From Mycobacterium leprae TN (lineage in GTDB: Bacteria > Actinomycetota > Actinomycetes > Mycobacteriales > Mycobacteriaceae): 32,000 nt of DNA. The DNA is taken from positions 2,640,001 through 2,672,000 of the forward strand of contig NC_002677.1 of NCBI RefSeq assembly GCF_000195855.1, read 5' to 3'. This document shows, piece by piece, positions 11,700-22,618 of this stretch. Each line of letters opens with the position of its first letter. Position 1 is the stretch's first letter. The notes under the pieces were generated by a model that saw nothing but the letters and a program-made list of their open reading frames with translations, was not told where the DNA came from and searched no databases. The position numbers and the translations under genes were made by a program.

Positions 11700-13260
11700 C
11701 CCCTTCTGTACACCTGGCCACGAAAGCCTGTCCTAAAGGCAAACGTTGTGTGCACGTCACAACCGCTGACTTGCTAAGACAGGTCTTCGGATGCTCACCG
11801 AAGGCGGCAACGCCGTTGATGCAGCCGCCACTGCCATCAGATTCACCACGGTGGAACCGGTATCTAAATAACATAAGCTCGGACATCTTCGCCATCGTCT
11901 GAGAGGGACAGAAATTGCACGGAATCAACGCTTCGAATCGCTCTTTTGCTACATAAACGCCAAAGTAATTCGGCGACAATAGTTTTCCTGATCTTAAATA
12001 GAATTCGGTGACCGTGCCTGGAGTGGCACCGGTCTGGGTTGAATTTGCATGCTAAATTTTGTGAAACTATTATTCTAGAGGATTTTCGAGCTTACGATCT
12101 CCCACGGCCACAACAATTTTCTGGCCTCATCAACGGTCGCGGAGCAATGGGAGACACAGGTACCGCTGTTTAATAGCCCAGCCGGGATTCACCGAAGCGT
12201 TTCTGCGGTCCAGGCGGTAGCCGAACTCCGGTGAGCTGTTCATTTTCCCGAGCAAGCAGCCAACCTCGAGCTGATCGGCTCAACTCACGGTGACACGTTC
12301 TAGCGCAGAGAACTGGCGTACAGACTCGAGGCATATGCTACAGTTAATGTTGGTATTTTGTGTTCCAGTGGTCTGGCGGCTCATCGCACCAACTGAAGTG
12401 GCATAATCAAAAGAACCGAACGCGGATGCGGTATCCACGAAATTACAGCCAAACGGTCAGGGGACAGTGGCATTCAGTGGCATTGATAGCACTGAGAATC
12501 CTGTAAAAATTCGACATGTCTTCTTTTCCAGAAGATTCCGCCGACATCGTGCATCTGGACAATCCAAGCAGTCAAGCTGATTTTCACCGACACGCAGGCC
12601 TATGTAGCCGATATCGACCACATTTCGCTGTGACAAAAACGCTCTGTTGGATACGGAGTATATGAAACAACGTGCGACACTGATCGACCGCAAGCAGGCG
12701 AAACCGGCATCCGCCAGCACCCACCAATGGTGGCACCGTGTACCTGACAGCCCCCGACGCCGCGGGGATAATGATGTCGATGGTCCAGTCGAACTACATA
12801 GGATTCTGCTCCGGTGTGGTGGTACCGGAAACCGGAATTCCGTTGCAAAATCGTAGCGCGAATTTCTTGCTGATAAAGGACATAAGAACCTTGTTGGACA
12901 TAGCAAGCATCACCTACACACAATCATTCGGGGCCTTGTTAGCAAAGACGGTGCACCGGTGATGGGCAGCACAATGCAGCCCCAGGGACACATGCAAGTT
13001 CTAGTGCTTATCGCCGACCACGGGCAAAATCCGCAGACAGCCTACGACGGATCGAGGTTCCCACTAGATGCATAGCCTTCAGGCCAGTTGCTAACCAGAT
13101 TTTTCGCAGTCAACAGCTGGATGAACTGCTGCGGCGCGGGCATGATCCGGTGACCGTGAACTACTACCCCCGGGTTGGGGACTTACAGGCGATTTGCCGT
13201 ATCGAAGGCGAGATATCTAGCAAAAAGGGATGCACGCCAGTACAACTAAGCCGCAGCTTT
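11700..13260 (+). pseudogene. ggtA: Gamma-glutamyltranspeptidase, pseudogene
   Basis: GGT motifs are scattered over three frames: MLTEGGNAVDAAATAI, ...VYLTAPDAAGIMMSMVQSNYIGFCSGVVVPETGIPLQNRSANF, MGSTMQPQGHMQVLVLIADHGQNPQTAYDGSRF. There are many stops and AT-rich decayed stretches (about 12000-12120). Confidence 0.85.
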
Positions 13261-13336
13261 CTAAGCTTTATCTTAATAATCTGCCACCGAACAACGCACA
13301 GTGCAGCATTTTTCTCTACTTCTCTTAACTTCGTTG

Positions 13337-14605
13337 CTAGATATGGATCCTGCCCTTTGCCGCTGAAAATCCGATATCCTTGCGAAAATGGCTGCCGAGC
13401 AATCGAATTGATCCGATTATGCGATATGCCTGGGAGCGCGCCGCAGATAGGTCATCCCCGGTCGCCACCACCGATAGCACCCGCCCACCTGACGAGACGA
13501 TCACACCATCGTCGCGGCGAGTGGTTCCAGCGTGCAATACCCCCTCGATTTCGGATCCGAAGACAATATCCCCGACTCGGGGGCGTCTGGGATAGTTTTC
13601 GGCAGCTAACACTACAGCCACGGCAGCTCCTGAACGCCAATGCAATTCGCCGAAGTCAGCCAGCGAACCAGTTCCTGCCGCGTAGAGGAGCTGACCAAGC
13701 GGTGAATCCAGCAGAGCCAGCACAACTTGGGTTTCCGGATCGCCAAAGCGGCAATTGAATTCAACGACTGCTGGCCCGCTGGCAGTGACAGCAAGACCCA
13801 CATACAGTAGTCCGCGAAACGGACTTCCACGTTGAACCAATTCGGCTGCAACGGGTTCGACGATGCTGGTGAGAGCCTGTTGACAAACCTCATCGGGAAG
13901 CCATGGCAGCGGAGCATAGGCGCCCATACCGCCGGTGTTAGGTCCTGTGTCGCCTTCACCGACCCGCTTGAAATCTTGAGCCGGTAACAGCGGCAACACA
14001 GTTCTACCGTCTACGACGCAGAATAGCGACACCTCGGGTCCATCGAGATACGACTCCAGCAATACCGGGTGTCCGGCTTCTAATAATCCCGCAGCATGAG
14101 TGCGCGCGACATCGCGATCCGATGTTACCACAACGCCCTTGCCAGCCGCTAGACGATCATCTTTCACCACCCAGGACAAGTCACCGACGGGTGGCCCGAA
14201 CCGGTCCAGGGCGGCATCCAGACGTGCTGGACTATTGACGATTTCGCTCCGGGAAGTGCGCACACCAGCCGCCGCCATGACTTCCTTGGCGAAGGCTTTT
14301 GAGCCTTCGATGCGAGCAGCGTCCTTACTGGGACCGAAACAGACGATGCCGGCAGCACGCACCGCATCGGCCACTCCAAGCACCAGTGGTAGCTCGGGAC
14401 CAATGACCACCATGTCGGCCCGGACATCACGAGCCAGAGCGACGATATCCTCTCCGGAGCTGATGTCGACGTCATACTGTTCGGCCAGCCGGGCGGTGCC
14501 AGCGTTGCCGGGAGCAACGACTAATCCCTTGACCTGCGGATCTCTGCTAAGTGCCAGCAGCAAGGCATGCTCACGGGCACCGGAGCCAATCACCAGGACG
14601 CGCAC
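13337..14605 (-). CDS. purD: Phosphoribosylamine-glycine ligase (GAR synthetase)
   Basis: The 422-aa ORF starts (GTG)[19 protein letters not shown] and contains GNAGTA, an ATP-grasp core and [12 protein letters not shown]. It is uninterrupted. Confidence 0.93.
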   Translation of the reverse strand: MRVLVIGSGAREHALLLALSRDPQVKGLVVAPGNAGTARLAEQYDVDISSGEDIVALARDVRADMVVIGPELPLVLGVADAVRAAGIVCFGPSKDAARIEGSKAFAKEVMAAAGVRTSRSEIVNSPARLDAALDRFGPPVGDLSWVVKDDRLAAGKGVVVTSDRDVARTHAAGLLEAGHPVLLESYLDGPEVSLFCVVDGRTVLPLLPAQDFKRVGEGDTGPNTGGMGAYAPLPWLPDEVCQQALTSIVEPVAAELVQRGSPFRGLLYVGLAVTASGPAVVEFNCRFGDPETQVVLALLDSPLGQLLYAAGTGSLADFGELHWRSGAAVAVVLAAENYPRRPRVGDIVFGSEIEGVLHAGTTRRDDGVIVSSGGRVLSVVATGDDLSAARSQAYRIIGSIRLLGSHFRKDIGFSAAKGRIHI

Positions 14606-15469
14606 GACACGTCAGATTAGCTGGAAATTACTCGACCGTTGCGCCGGGCCATTCAAACAGACCCGGCCGCGTAGGAGATCGAGGGCGGCAGCGTCCACAA
14701 AGAAAATACTGTAACACAATGTCCATTTGCCTAGCATAAGTATATGTAAAGAGTTAATCATGCTGACATCCGAGTTCCAGTAGTCGGGGGATTGCTGATC
14801 AAAAGCCGCTGTAGTGCCCGAGTTAGTGGGTCGTGGCCAGCTTGTCTCGCTCAGCGCGATTTTCGGCGATATCCTGCGGAAGCCCCATCGTCCGACGCTA
14901 AACTTTGGATTCGGCGAACACTCGACCTAGACGAGAGGTGCAGCCCTCATGGACCAATTCACCAGGGTCCGATCCGACGCCGCTTCAGCACATACCCGAG
15001 ATGCTGGGCGCGACGAGACACACCAACTACTGTCCTGCTAGCAGGTGTCGAATTATTCGTTATCTAGTCAGCCTGGTTCAGCGCGGAGGATATGTCGACT
15101 GCTGTATCGCTTACCGTCAGCATGTTGTTCCTAAGGTGATTAGCATGGTTGAGCACAGCATAGTTGCTAGCCTGATAGACCCCAGCTTCAGCACTCGGTG
15201 AAAACGCAAAGAACCAAGACGTGACACGTAACCAGGTGTATCCCGTCAAGGCTTCATCTACATCAGTTCCGACACCACACACTCGAAAAAACGCAGCACT
15301 TGGCCACACACAGCTATAGATCCGTCGATGCACAGAAACTGCGAATGGGACAGACACACATATCACCGCATAACGTCCCCCCGACCAACCACCATCACGG
15401 CTAATCGCAAACCCAGAGTGGTACGAAATAACTTCAGTGGCACCGGGTTAAGTGATTCCGATAGAATTA

Positions 15470-16345
15470 TATTTATGTGACATTCGTGCGATCAACTCAA
15501 TGTTGTTTGGCGATTGGTGGCGGCTTGCTACGACGGAGCATTCAACTTCCTCAACGCAGCCAACAACCTAAACTGATCTCCCCACTTTCTCAGTACCTTC
15601 CGTTAGCAACAACGACCGCGCACGGCGACGCTAACTAACCTTGGACAAGCAAGAAGCCAACAGCATATCGGCGCTGCGCGGCGTGACCACCCCCGAATTA
15701 CGCACCACTTTATGAAGCGGTGCTACCCAAACTGGCCACCACCGCTAAACAGGACATCAACAAAAACACCCGAGACCCCACGCATCATAATCATGATGGG
15801 ATCGATACCGCGTTGCACGCCCCGCTGGAGTCGGAAAAATTGCTCCAGCACAACATGCTACCGGAATCCATCATCGTCACAACGACACTGAGTGAGCTGG
15901 AGGACACCGCCGACAAGGTACTCACCGGCTGCGGCAGCAGCTTACCCATGAGTAACGTGATACACCTGACACAGCAGGCCCGCCATCATTCAATAAAGAC
16001 CTAAAGCCCTGGCGATCTACCACACCAAGCGACTAGCCCCCGGCACATCGAATCGCTGTTGTACGCCAAGGACCGTGACTGCACCGCGCCGGGATACACC
16101 GTACCCGACTACTACTACTACTGGGAAGTTCACCACATCACCGCTTACAACCACCTACCGCACCACCAACATCAACAACCTGACCGTTTGGCCGCGGCCC
16201 CCAACACCACCTCCCAAACCCAGCGGCTGAACCACACGAAAACACACCAACAGCAACACCCAATCCAATGAATCCCACCCCCCACTTAGACCACGACCAA
16301 CCCAAAACCAACACCTTCTGACACCCCGAAAACTCCTGCACGACG
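15470..16345 (+). pseudogene. REP13E12-type DUF222/HNH endonuclease family gene, 5'-truncated pseudogene
   Basis: EAVLPKLATTAKQ..., TGCGSSLPMSNVIHLTQQARHH, LYAKDRDCTAPGYTVP...EVHHITAYN, and in a shifted frame IPPPHLDHDQPKTNTF*HPE. These match the conserved C-terminal half of the mycobacterial 13E12 repeat proteins as I remember them. Confidence 0.75.
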
Positions 16346-16445
16346 GAAACGATGATAGCCCAGGTGCGGTGTAACGACTTGTGTGCACCTGGCGCTGTGG
16401 GGACGCGCCACCCAGACAGCACTTCGTCATGCATATGCTGAGGCC

Positions 16446-16850
16446 ATGGCGACGATCTTCACCAAAATCATTAACCGCGAACTACCCGGCCGCTTCGTCT
16501 ACGAGGACGACGACGTCGTCGCATTCCTCACTATTGAGCCAATGACACAAGGCCATACGCTAGTAGTGCCATGCGCCGAGATCGATCAGTGGCAGAACGT
16601 GGATCCTGCGATATTTGGTCGCGTTATAGCCGTGAGTCAGCTGATCGGCAAGGGCGTATGCCGGGCGTTTAACGCCGAACGGGCCGGGGTGATCATCGCC
16701 GGATTTGAAGTACCCCATCTGCACATCCATGTGTTTCCTACCCATAGCCTGAGCAACTTTAGCTTTGCCAACGTCGACCGCAACCCGTCACCGGAATCCC
16801 TCGACGCAGCTCAGGACAAAATCAAGGCAGCTCTAACTCAGCTGGCGTGA
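16446..16850 (+). CDS. HIT (histidine triad) family nucleotide hydrolase/transferase (Rv0759c-like)
   Basis: [35 protein letters not shown] and the histidine triad [13 protein letters not shown] lies 6 nt upstream of the ATG at 16446. The ORF is open from 16383 but that extension looks non-coding. Confidence 0.88.
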   Translation: MATIFTKIINRELPGRFVYEDDDVVAFLTIEPMTQGHTLVVPCAEIDQWQNVDPAIFGRVIAVSQLIGKGVCRAFNAERAGVIIAGFEVPHLHIHVFPTHSLSNFSFANVDRNPSPESLDAAQDKIKAALTQLA

Positions 16851-16879
16851 GCTGGCGGTCATCGCCATGCTAAAACATA

Positions 16880-18265
16880 CGCGGACACCTCGCTTATTCG
16901 CGGCAGCGTGACGCAGCAGCAGCTCTGCCCCGGTGCAAGTGGTCGCAGTAACCACACCACCGTAGGCACGCACTAAAGAATCGACGATCGATCACCTCAG
17001 TACGATACCGCCATTGGCCCGGACTCGAGATGAGTCGGTGCGATAGAGCCGCTCGAAGACCCACAGCGCCTCTCCTCTTGCCTGAACCCCAGGTCAACCA
17101 TTTCGAGCACCCGCGTCGTCGCCATCGGTGCCGACTTGGACGGTGACGTCGACGCGTTCCGAGGTATGCCTATAAAGCATTGGCAACAAAGTTGCTCAGC
17201 ACCTGGCATATCCGGCGCTCATCACCGTGCACCTCGGGGAATCCCGGGACCGTCGAGAACTTCCGTGGTGATCGTGCGATTGAGGGTAGATTGCCTGCGC
17301 GTCGTGCACGGCATCGGTGACCAGCGCCAGCAATCTACTATACACGGTGTGCGAGCGGCCATTGCACATCCAGGCAAGCAGCAACAAAGCGTCCACCGGC
17401 AGGCCCATCCAGCTTGCTTCGCTTTCGATCCGCGACATCAACATGGCCACGTCACAGGCAGGCGCCCTGCCGATACAACTCAGCGAAGCCGCAGGTGGTC
17501 AACGGAGTGCGTAGTTCGTGGTTGACGCTGGCGATGAACCGCTAAATCCGGTCATCTGAACCACGGGCCGTCTCGACAGAAGACTCCGAGGACGCCAGCG
17601 CTTCCTGAATCTGGGTAAGCATTCCGTTGAGCACCAACGAAAGTCGACCCGTCTTGGTTTGGGTATCACGTTCCGGAACGCAACGGTCCAGCTGGCCTGC
17701 GGCTGTCACCGCAGCGGTTTATTCGACTTCAGCCAGCGGCCGCAGGCTACGGTGCACGACCGCATAACCGACAATCCCGACCACAACCAGCACCGGCCAC
17801 CCCGATGCCGAACCACAACTAGGCCAACGACCTGACCCTGTGCTGAACATCGGACAGATCGACCACGACCGTGATCAGGTCGTGCGACCTCCGCACCGAC
17901 ACCACTCGCCACTGAATATCAGAGCCGTTGACCGATGGCAGGGTCGTCGGATTAAGGTCCAAATCATTCTTGGACGAAAGTACCGGTTCAGCGTTGCGGT
18001 CGTTGATGACCGTAAAGGTAGTGCTGTCGCACACCAATATCCCCGCACGTAAAACTTTAGACAGTGGCGAGTCTAAAACTCTGAACACAAGTGAAATGAA
18101 CCTATGCCCAGGCTTGGGATATATTGATTCGGATATAATTAACCTTCGGATATAATTAACCGAAGTAAAACACAGGATCGAGGCGACAGCACCCCCCCCC
18201 GAGGTAACTAAGCCACAGACCACCAGCGCTAGGACGGTGGCAACCAAGTAGACCCGCAACGACAT
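16880..18265 (-). pseudogene. phoR: Sensor histidine kinase PhoR, pseudogene
   Basis: An N-terminal sensor ORF (17819-18265: ...HPTTLPSVNGSDIQWRVVSVR...) and a DHp fragment MLMSRIESEASWMGLPVDALLLLA (17196-17450) lie in different frames. The catalytic ATPase part is fragmented. The 3' boundary is approximate. Confidence 0.85.
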
Positions 18266-18328
18266 TCCGCGTCAAAATTGTTGTAATATAGCAATAATCG
18301 TCATACAGTCGAGTCCACATGCGACAAC

Positions 18329-19078
18329 TCAGTGCTGCTCCCGCAACCCGTTACTTACCCCACACAAGGTGTGCAGCAACCGCTTCTCCCTGGTGTCGAT
18401 CTGGCGGCGCAGATACAACACATAGGACTCCACCATGTTGACGGGCCCACCAAATCTATAACACCACACGTGGTCGAGGATGTTGGGTGTGTTCAAGACT
18501 GTGCCAGCGTTAATCACAACACAGCGCAGCAACGTGAATTCGGTGGGAGAAAGCGATACCAACTCGTCGGCCTTCCAGGCCTCGTGGGTCTCCTCGTCGA
18601 GTTCGACATCGGCGAAGGATAGGCGGGCAGTACAAGGTGCTGCTCTGCCCAACCCTGCCTTTGCCGACACGGCACAGTATGACCCGCAGCCTAATGACCA
18701 CCTCCTCGAGATTGAATGGCTCCGTCACCATAGTCGTAGCTGCCTAGGGTCAGACCGGCGATCTGTACTGCAGCAAGTCGCGCGCGATCAGGAACAACGC
18801 TGGGATGTGAATGTCGTCGGCGCAGCCAGCGCAGCACCCCGAAACCGTCCATCCCCGGCATCACCACGTCCAAGATCACCGCGTCCGGCCGAGCACTACG
18901 AGCCTAGTCCAGCTGCCGCGGCTCCTTTAAACACAGCCTGGACCTAAAAGCCCTGGAATTTGATGTCACCTAGAGCGGTTCGACAACGTTGGCTTCGTCG
19001 TCAACAACTAGGATACGCCCCTCCAGGGTGGTTGCGCTTGGGGTATCCGGTTGCCATCAGTTCACATCTGTCGCACTC
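18329..19078 (-). pseudogene. phoP: OmpR-family response regulator PhoP, pseudogene
   Basis: Receiver pieces RILVVDDEANVVEPL* and PDAVILDVVMPGMDGFGVLRWLR. The winged-helix part LSFADVELDEETHEAWKADELVSLSPTEFTLLRCVVINAGTVL...HTLCGV is in a third frame. The start codon is lost and there are at least 3 frame disruptions. Confidence 0.9.
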
Positions 19079-19691
19079 GTTTGGACGCTAGCTTCGCAGT
19101 CCAGTAGGTAGTTCCTGGAAACCAGTTACCAAACCGGCTTGAACGCAATGGCCAGCATGCTCAGAACGATAACGCCCTGCCGTGCACCAACCAGCTGGCC
19201 AGACTGCTGGATGGCGATGCACCAGTTGGGACGCCCGATCGCATCGGACAGGCCAGTGGATCGCCTACTGCGTCCGAACGGGTTAGGAGATATCTTAGGT
19301 GACAACGCCCGGCAGTTTACGCGACCGCCTGACTGAGGAAGGCGGCGGATTGCAGTTCGCTGCAGCTGAGCGGGCTGGCCGACCGGCTGCTCGCCGAAGA
19401 CGGACTGATCGACAGGTTGACGGTAAAGGAGGGATCAACTCGAACAGCTCACCAACTTTGCCGACACTCTGGGTCGACTGATGCCCGAGATGGAAGCGCT
19501 GGAGCCCGCTATCGCCACCCTGCAAGACGCCGTTTCCGTGCTGACCCTGGTGGTCAACACACCCAACAACACTACTTAACGACGCATGTCACTGCAGCGC
19601 TACTCACCTCGGCACTCACCGTCCTGGTCGGTGCGGTCGCAACGCGTCATCGACGCCGACGAATGAGCAGCTAGGCTTGCACCGGTTTTAC

Positions 19692-19766
19692 GCCTCCTTA
19701 GCTCAGTGGTAGAGCACTCGCCTTGTAAGCGAGCGGTCGTCAGTTCAATCCTGACAGGGGGCTCCA
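19692..19766 (+). tRNA. tRNA-Thr (anticodon UGU), CCA encoded
   Basis: I folded the cloverleaf by hand. Acceptor stem GCCTCCT/AGGGGGC, D stem GCTC/GAGC, anticodon stem CTCGC/GCGAG with loop CTTGTAA, T stem GTCAG/CTGAC with loop TTCAATC, discriminator T, then CCA. Confidence 0.92.
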
Positions 19767-19798
19767 ACTGTCAATGCACGCGCGGTCTGAGCGCGCAG

Positions 19799-20965
19799 TT
19801 ACGGCAGCCGGTTAGTCAGATCGGTCGATAGGCCAGCCAAGCTGCCGCCCACTACCTCGATCACGTCATGAGTCACCGCGATAAGGAACTGAACATTCGC
19901 CGCGCCGACCTCGTCGACACTGACTTGAACCGCATTCATAATCGTCGTTGGATCGCCAGTGAATAAGGGATGATCCAATGTTGTAGACCGCAAATTACGG
20001 CACCATAATCAGATTATGCGTGTCGGCGAACAGTTCGGTAAACAAGGACGCCGGCGAGACCCCTAAACACCAGCGTTCAACCCTGTTGGTTAACGTTCCG
20101 ACCGCAATCACAAATTAGCTTGAATACGCGATATCGATGATATGAATATTCGTGGTGTAGATCGGGTGGACCACGACGGTGGAATACATCGTTTTGAAGC
20201 ACACTAGTAAAGGCCTAGTCAAAACCACCCCGCTAAAATTGGTGGCACCTAGCAGGTCAGCATCGGGACAAGGAAATCTGAGAGTCCAGGAGCACGAGCC
20301 TACATAAGATATACCAGGACCGCGAGATTGATCTACTGTAAGGCATCGAAAAGGCCAGCGTTGATTTCATTGAACCCGACCAACACCTGCGAGTTCATTC
20401 TCAGCATGCCAACCAACGGTTAAGCGGTCTTCTGCATCCTTATCAACTTCGACTCGAAGATCCCAGCAAAGGTGCCCTGCGCACGCTAGCACGTTGACGA
20501 TGGCCGCGCCCGTAGTTGGCCCAGCTGAGTGAGTTGAACTCCGAGCACCGCAGTGTCTATCGGGCTTGCCACGTTGCCCATCGACTGCTGAGGACTACCG
20601 CAGCTCCGGCGACATCGTGGCCGATCAGATCGCAGCCACACAGCGCCTCGATGGTAGGCATCGATCATCACACCGACACCTGGCTGAACGAGTTACCAAT
20701 CCAAGCGTCACTGACCGTGGAAACGGCTAAACTCACTACACCAACGGCCCCCTGCATAGACATGGGGCTGCCTCCGTATCCGCATACGATGCCGCCACTG
20801 CACTCAGGGCGCGTACCAACTGCTCGTGATACGCAGCCCGCCGCCACCCACTCAGTCGTCGGGATGAGTGCGGCCAGATTGCCAACCGCCACTGAGGCAC
20901 CGATCCACGCTACATCCGCTGCCGCCATCTCCATGCATGTACGGCGCCACAAGAACAAATGACAT
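19799..20965 (-). pseudogene. PE-family gene with a C-terminal histidine-phosphatase (PGM)-like remnant, pseudogene (architecture recalls PE_PGRS11/Rv0754)
   Basis: The ATG at 20965 gives MSFVLVAPYM. After a frameshift comes EMAAADVAWIGASVAVGNLAALIPTTEWVAAG. After an internal deletion and shift comes AAYHEQLVRALSAVAASYADTEAAP (end of the PE domain, YxxxE). The distal ORF 19799-19993 ends ...NVQFLIAVTHDVIEVVGGSLAGLS, like the VxxHGxxIR region of histidine phosphatases. The C-terminal assignment is weaker than the PE call. Confidence 0.55.
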
Positions 20966-21043
20966 CGCCGACCCTCGGTGCTATCGGGTACTAAACGTCA
21001 TGGCGGCAAACGTCAGAATGCGGGCGAGAATCGATGGAAATGA

Positions 21044-21775
21044 TTACGAGCCACTGCCCCACCCGACGAGACGGGGACTGAGTCGCTTGAGTACTTCAGG
21101 GAAGGATTGCAAGCCTCGTTTTTCAAGCAATGGAGGCATAGGTACGAAGTACGTCGTGTGATCGTCACCTTCTGGTGATGACATCAAGATCCCGACTGCA
21201 CTCACAATGCCGTCTACGTTCTTCACGAAGCCAGGACTACCACTGCCGGCCGACAAGCTGTACACGCTGGCTTCCACCACATCGCCGTCCATACTCTTGA
21301 TGGTTCCGCAAGTCTCACCGGTAATGGCACCGACCTTGCAGAACAACATACCTAACTGAATCTCATTTTCGCTCAACACATTCCGGAGAAGCTGGCTGTA
21401 TACATCACCGCTTGAGTAACCTTGACTGAGGTCAAGGAGAATGATAGCGGCATCCTTCCTGTCGCCTTCGTTTTCGCTTACGGTGCGCTTGCCCAGTGGG
21501 ACATCTGGCCCATAGGGCCATACCGAACCGTCATACGCGTCGCAATGTCCAATGGTCAGGAGATAGGAACTGCCGTCGTTGCCTCGAGCCACGCAAGCCG
21601 CGGTGCAAATGCTGCTTTCATCACAGAGCCGGAGACCCGGACTCGGGGCATATTCGGCGAGCACCATACTCGCGAATACCTTCGGGGCGATGACCGCGGC
21701 GCTGGCCAATCCCAATCCTCGCAACCACCGTACGGTCGCACACGTCTCCCCGGTAAACCAGTAGATTGAACGCAT
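21044..21775 (-). CDS. Putative secreted chymotrypsin-fold (S1-like) serine protease, apparently intact
   Basis: The frame is open for 271 codons (to 21859, TTG). My preferred start is the ATG at 21775 (MRSIYWF...RWLRGLGLASAAVIAPKVFASMVLAEYA, signal-like). Candidate triad: His in LLTIGHC, Asp in RKDAAIILL, Ser in SLSAGSGSPGF. A Cys pair context FCKVGAITGETCGTI is typical of bacterial alpha-lytic-type proteases. No SD is evident. Confidence 0.6.
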   Translation of the reverse strand: MRSIYWFTGETCATVRWLRGLGLASAAVIAPKVFASMVLAEYAPSPGLRLCDESSICTAACVARGNDGSSYLLTIGHCDAYDGSVWPYGPDVPLGKRTVSENEGDRKDAAIILLDLSQGYSSGDVYSQLLRNVLSENEIQLGMLFCKVGAITGETCGTIKSMDGDVVEASVYSLSAGSGSPGFVKNVDGIVSAVGILMSSPEGDDHTTYFVPMPPLLEKRGLQSFPEVLKRLSPRLVGWGSGS

Positions 21776-21899
21776 CAAAACACAAGATTCACTTAAATCA
21801 TGAACCGTTTCAGGTTTAATGCCGCTTCCTTCGGTGAGAAGGATGGCGATTATGGCCAAGCTTACCCGGTCGAGTAGCGTGAGCGCGCGGTTGAGGCTA

Positions 21900-22494
21900 G
21901 TGCTGGATCACCTCGATTCATTATCGATCGGTTCGATCCACACCGTTTCGGATGTTTACCGCACCGATGCGCCGCTTACCACCGTCGACTCTGCATGAGC
22001 ACCGCAAGATAGCCGTCTAACCGTGGCGTAAAGGCCATCAAGCGGCTTGGAGGACTGGCTGATGCGCGATGACGGGTTTGTGGGATTACCCCGGAGCCAA
22101 AAACACCGCACCACGATCCCAGGTGGCAAAGATGCCCAGCACGCCGCCGAGCTACTCGACCGTGACTTCACCGCCACGGCTCCCAACCACCGATTGCGAG
22201 CTGGCAGGTGTACAAGACTAAAGATACTGCCATGCTCACCACAGCTCTCCAGACGTCACTGTGGCGGCGCAACCATCACGGCCACAGCATCGAAGAAGAT
22301 TTGATTCATCACTGCGAATGGCAGGCAGTCAGTATGCGTCGATCGTGTTCACCGAGGCAACCAGTCCAGGCAATCCGCTTCGGACCGGCCTGCCGCGGGC
22401 CCTCGACACCGTCGGATACCCGACGATGGACTGGATCGAGCGAGTTTACAACCGACGCAGACGTTTTCTGGGGTTAAGTCGACCTGTTGCGTGA
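21900..22494 (+). pseudogene. IS3-family transposase (OrfB/DDE part), pseudogene
   Basis: ...RTTIPGGKDAQHAAELLDRDFTATAPNHR..., LQTSLWRRNHHGHSIEEDLIHHCEWQAVSMR (compare ALEMALWRR...GLIHHSDxGSQYTS), and tail DWIERVYNRRRRFLGLSRPVA*. Several frames are used. Confidence 0.75.
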
Positions 22495-22618
22495 GGGTTA
22501 TATAAACAAACCAGCAACACGCGCGTGCGACAGATCTGCCGGGCGGTGGGTGGGCCCTCATGTCTGGTAGTCGTAAAACTGCCTGCTACAAGCAGGATAT
22601 CGGGATTAGGGCGTTTCA

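Noticed and set aside
13150-13758. 202-aa + ORF
   Set aside because: It runs from the ggtA pseudogene tail into the antisense of the purD 3' end and has no recognisable domain.
14100-14714. 204-aa + strand ORF overlapping purD
   Set aside because: It is antisense to a well-supported purD frame. It is Ala/Arg/Ser/Thr/Pro-rich with no motifs, a typical high-GC shadow ORF.
14640-15470. ORFs on both strands (for example 15064-15366 minus), considered as carboxymuconolactone-decarboxylase or SnoaL-like remnants
   Set aside because: The similarities I could see were only a few residues long and the strand was inconsistent with synteny. This is not supportable.
16108-16122. (ACT)5 microsatellite
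   Set aside because: It is short and lies inside the 13E12-type pseudogene. It is unremarkable beyond possible length polymorphism.
19100-19680. Possible Rv0756c-like remnant (for example LEQLTNFADTLGRLMPEMEALEPAIATLQDAVSVLTLVVN across frames)
   Set aside because: I cannot recall the Rv0756c sequence well enough to support the call. I left it unannotated.
20060-20095. Sequence CAGCGTTCAACCCTGTTGG resembling the tRNA-Thr T-arm (CAGTTCAATCCTGACAGG), considered as a possible att-site repeat
   Set aside because: Only about 11 of 15 positions match, with an indel. It lies just 300 bp from the tRNA and inside the PE pseudogene. That is too weak to call.
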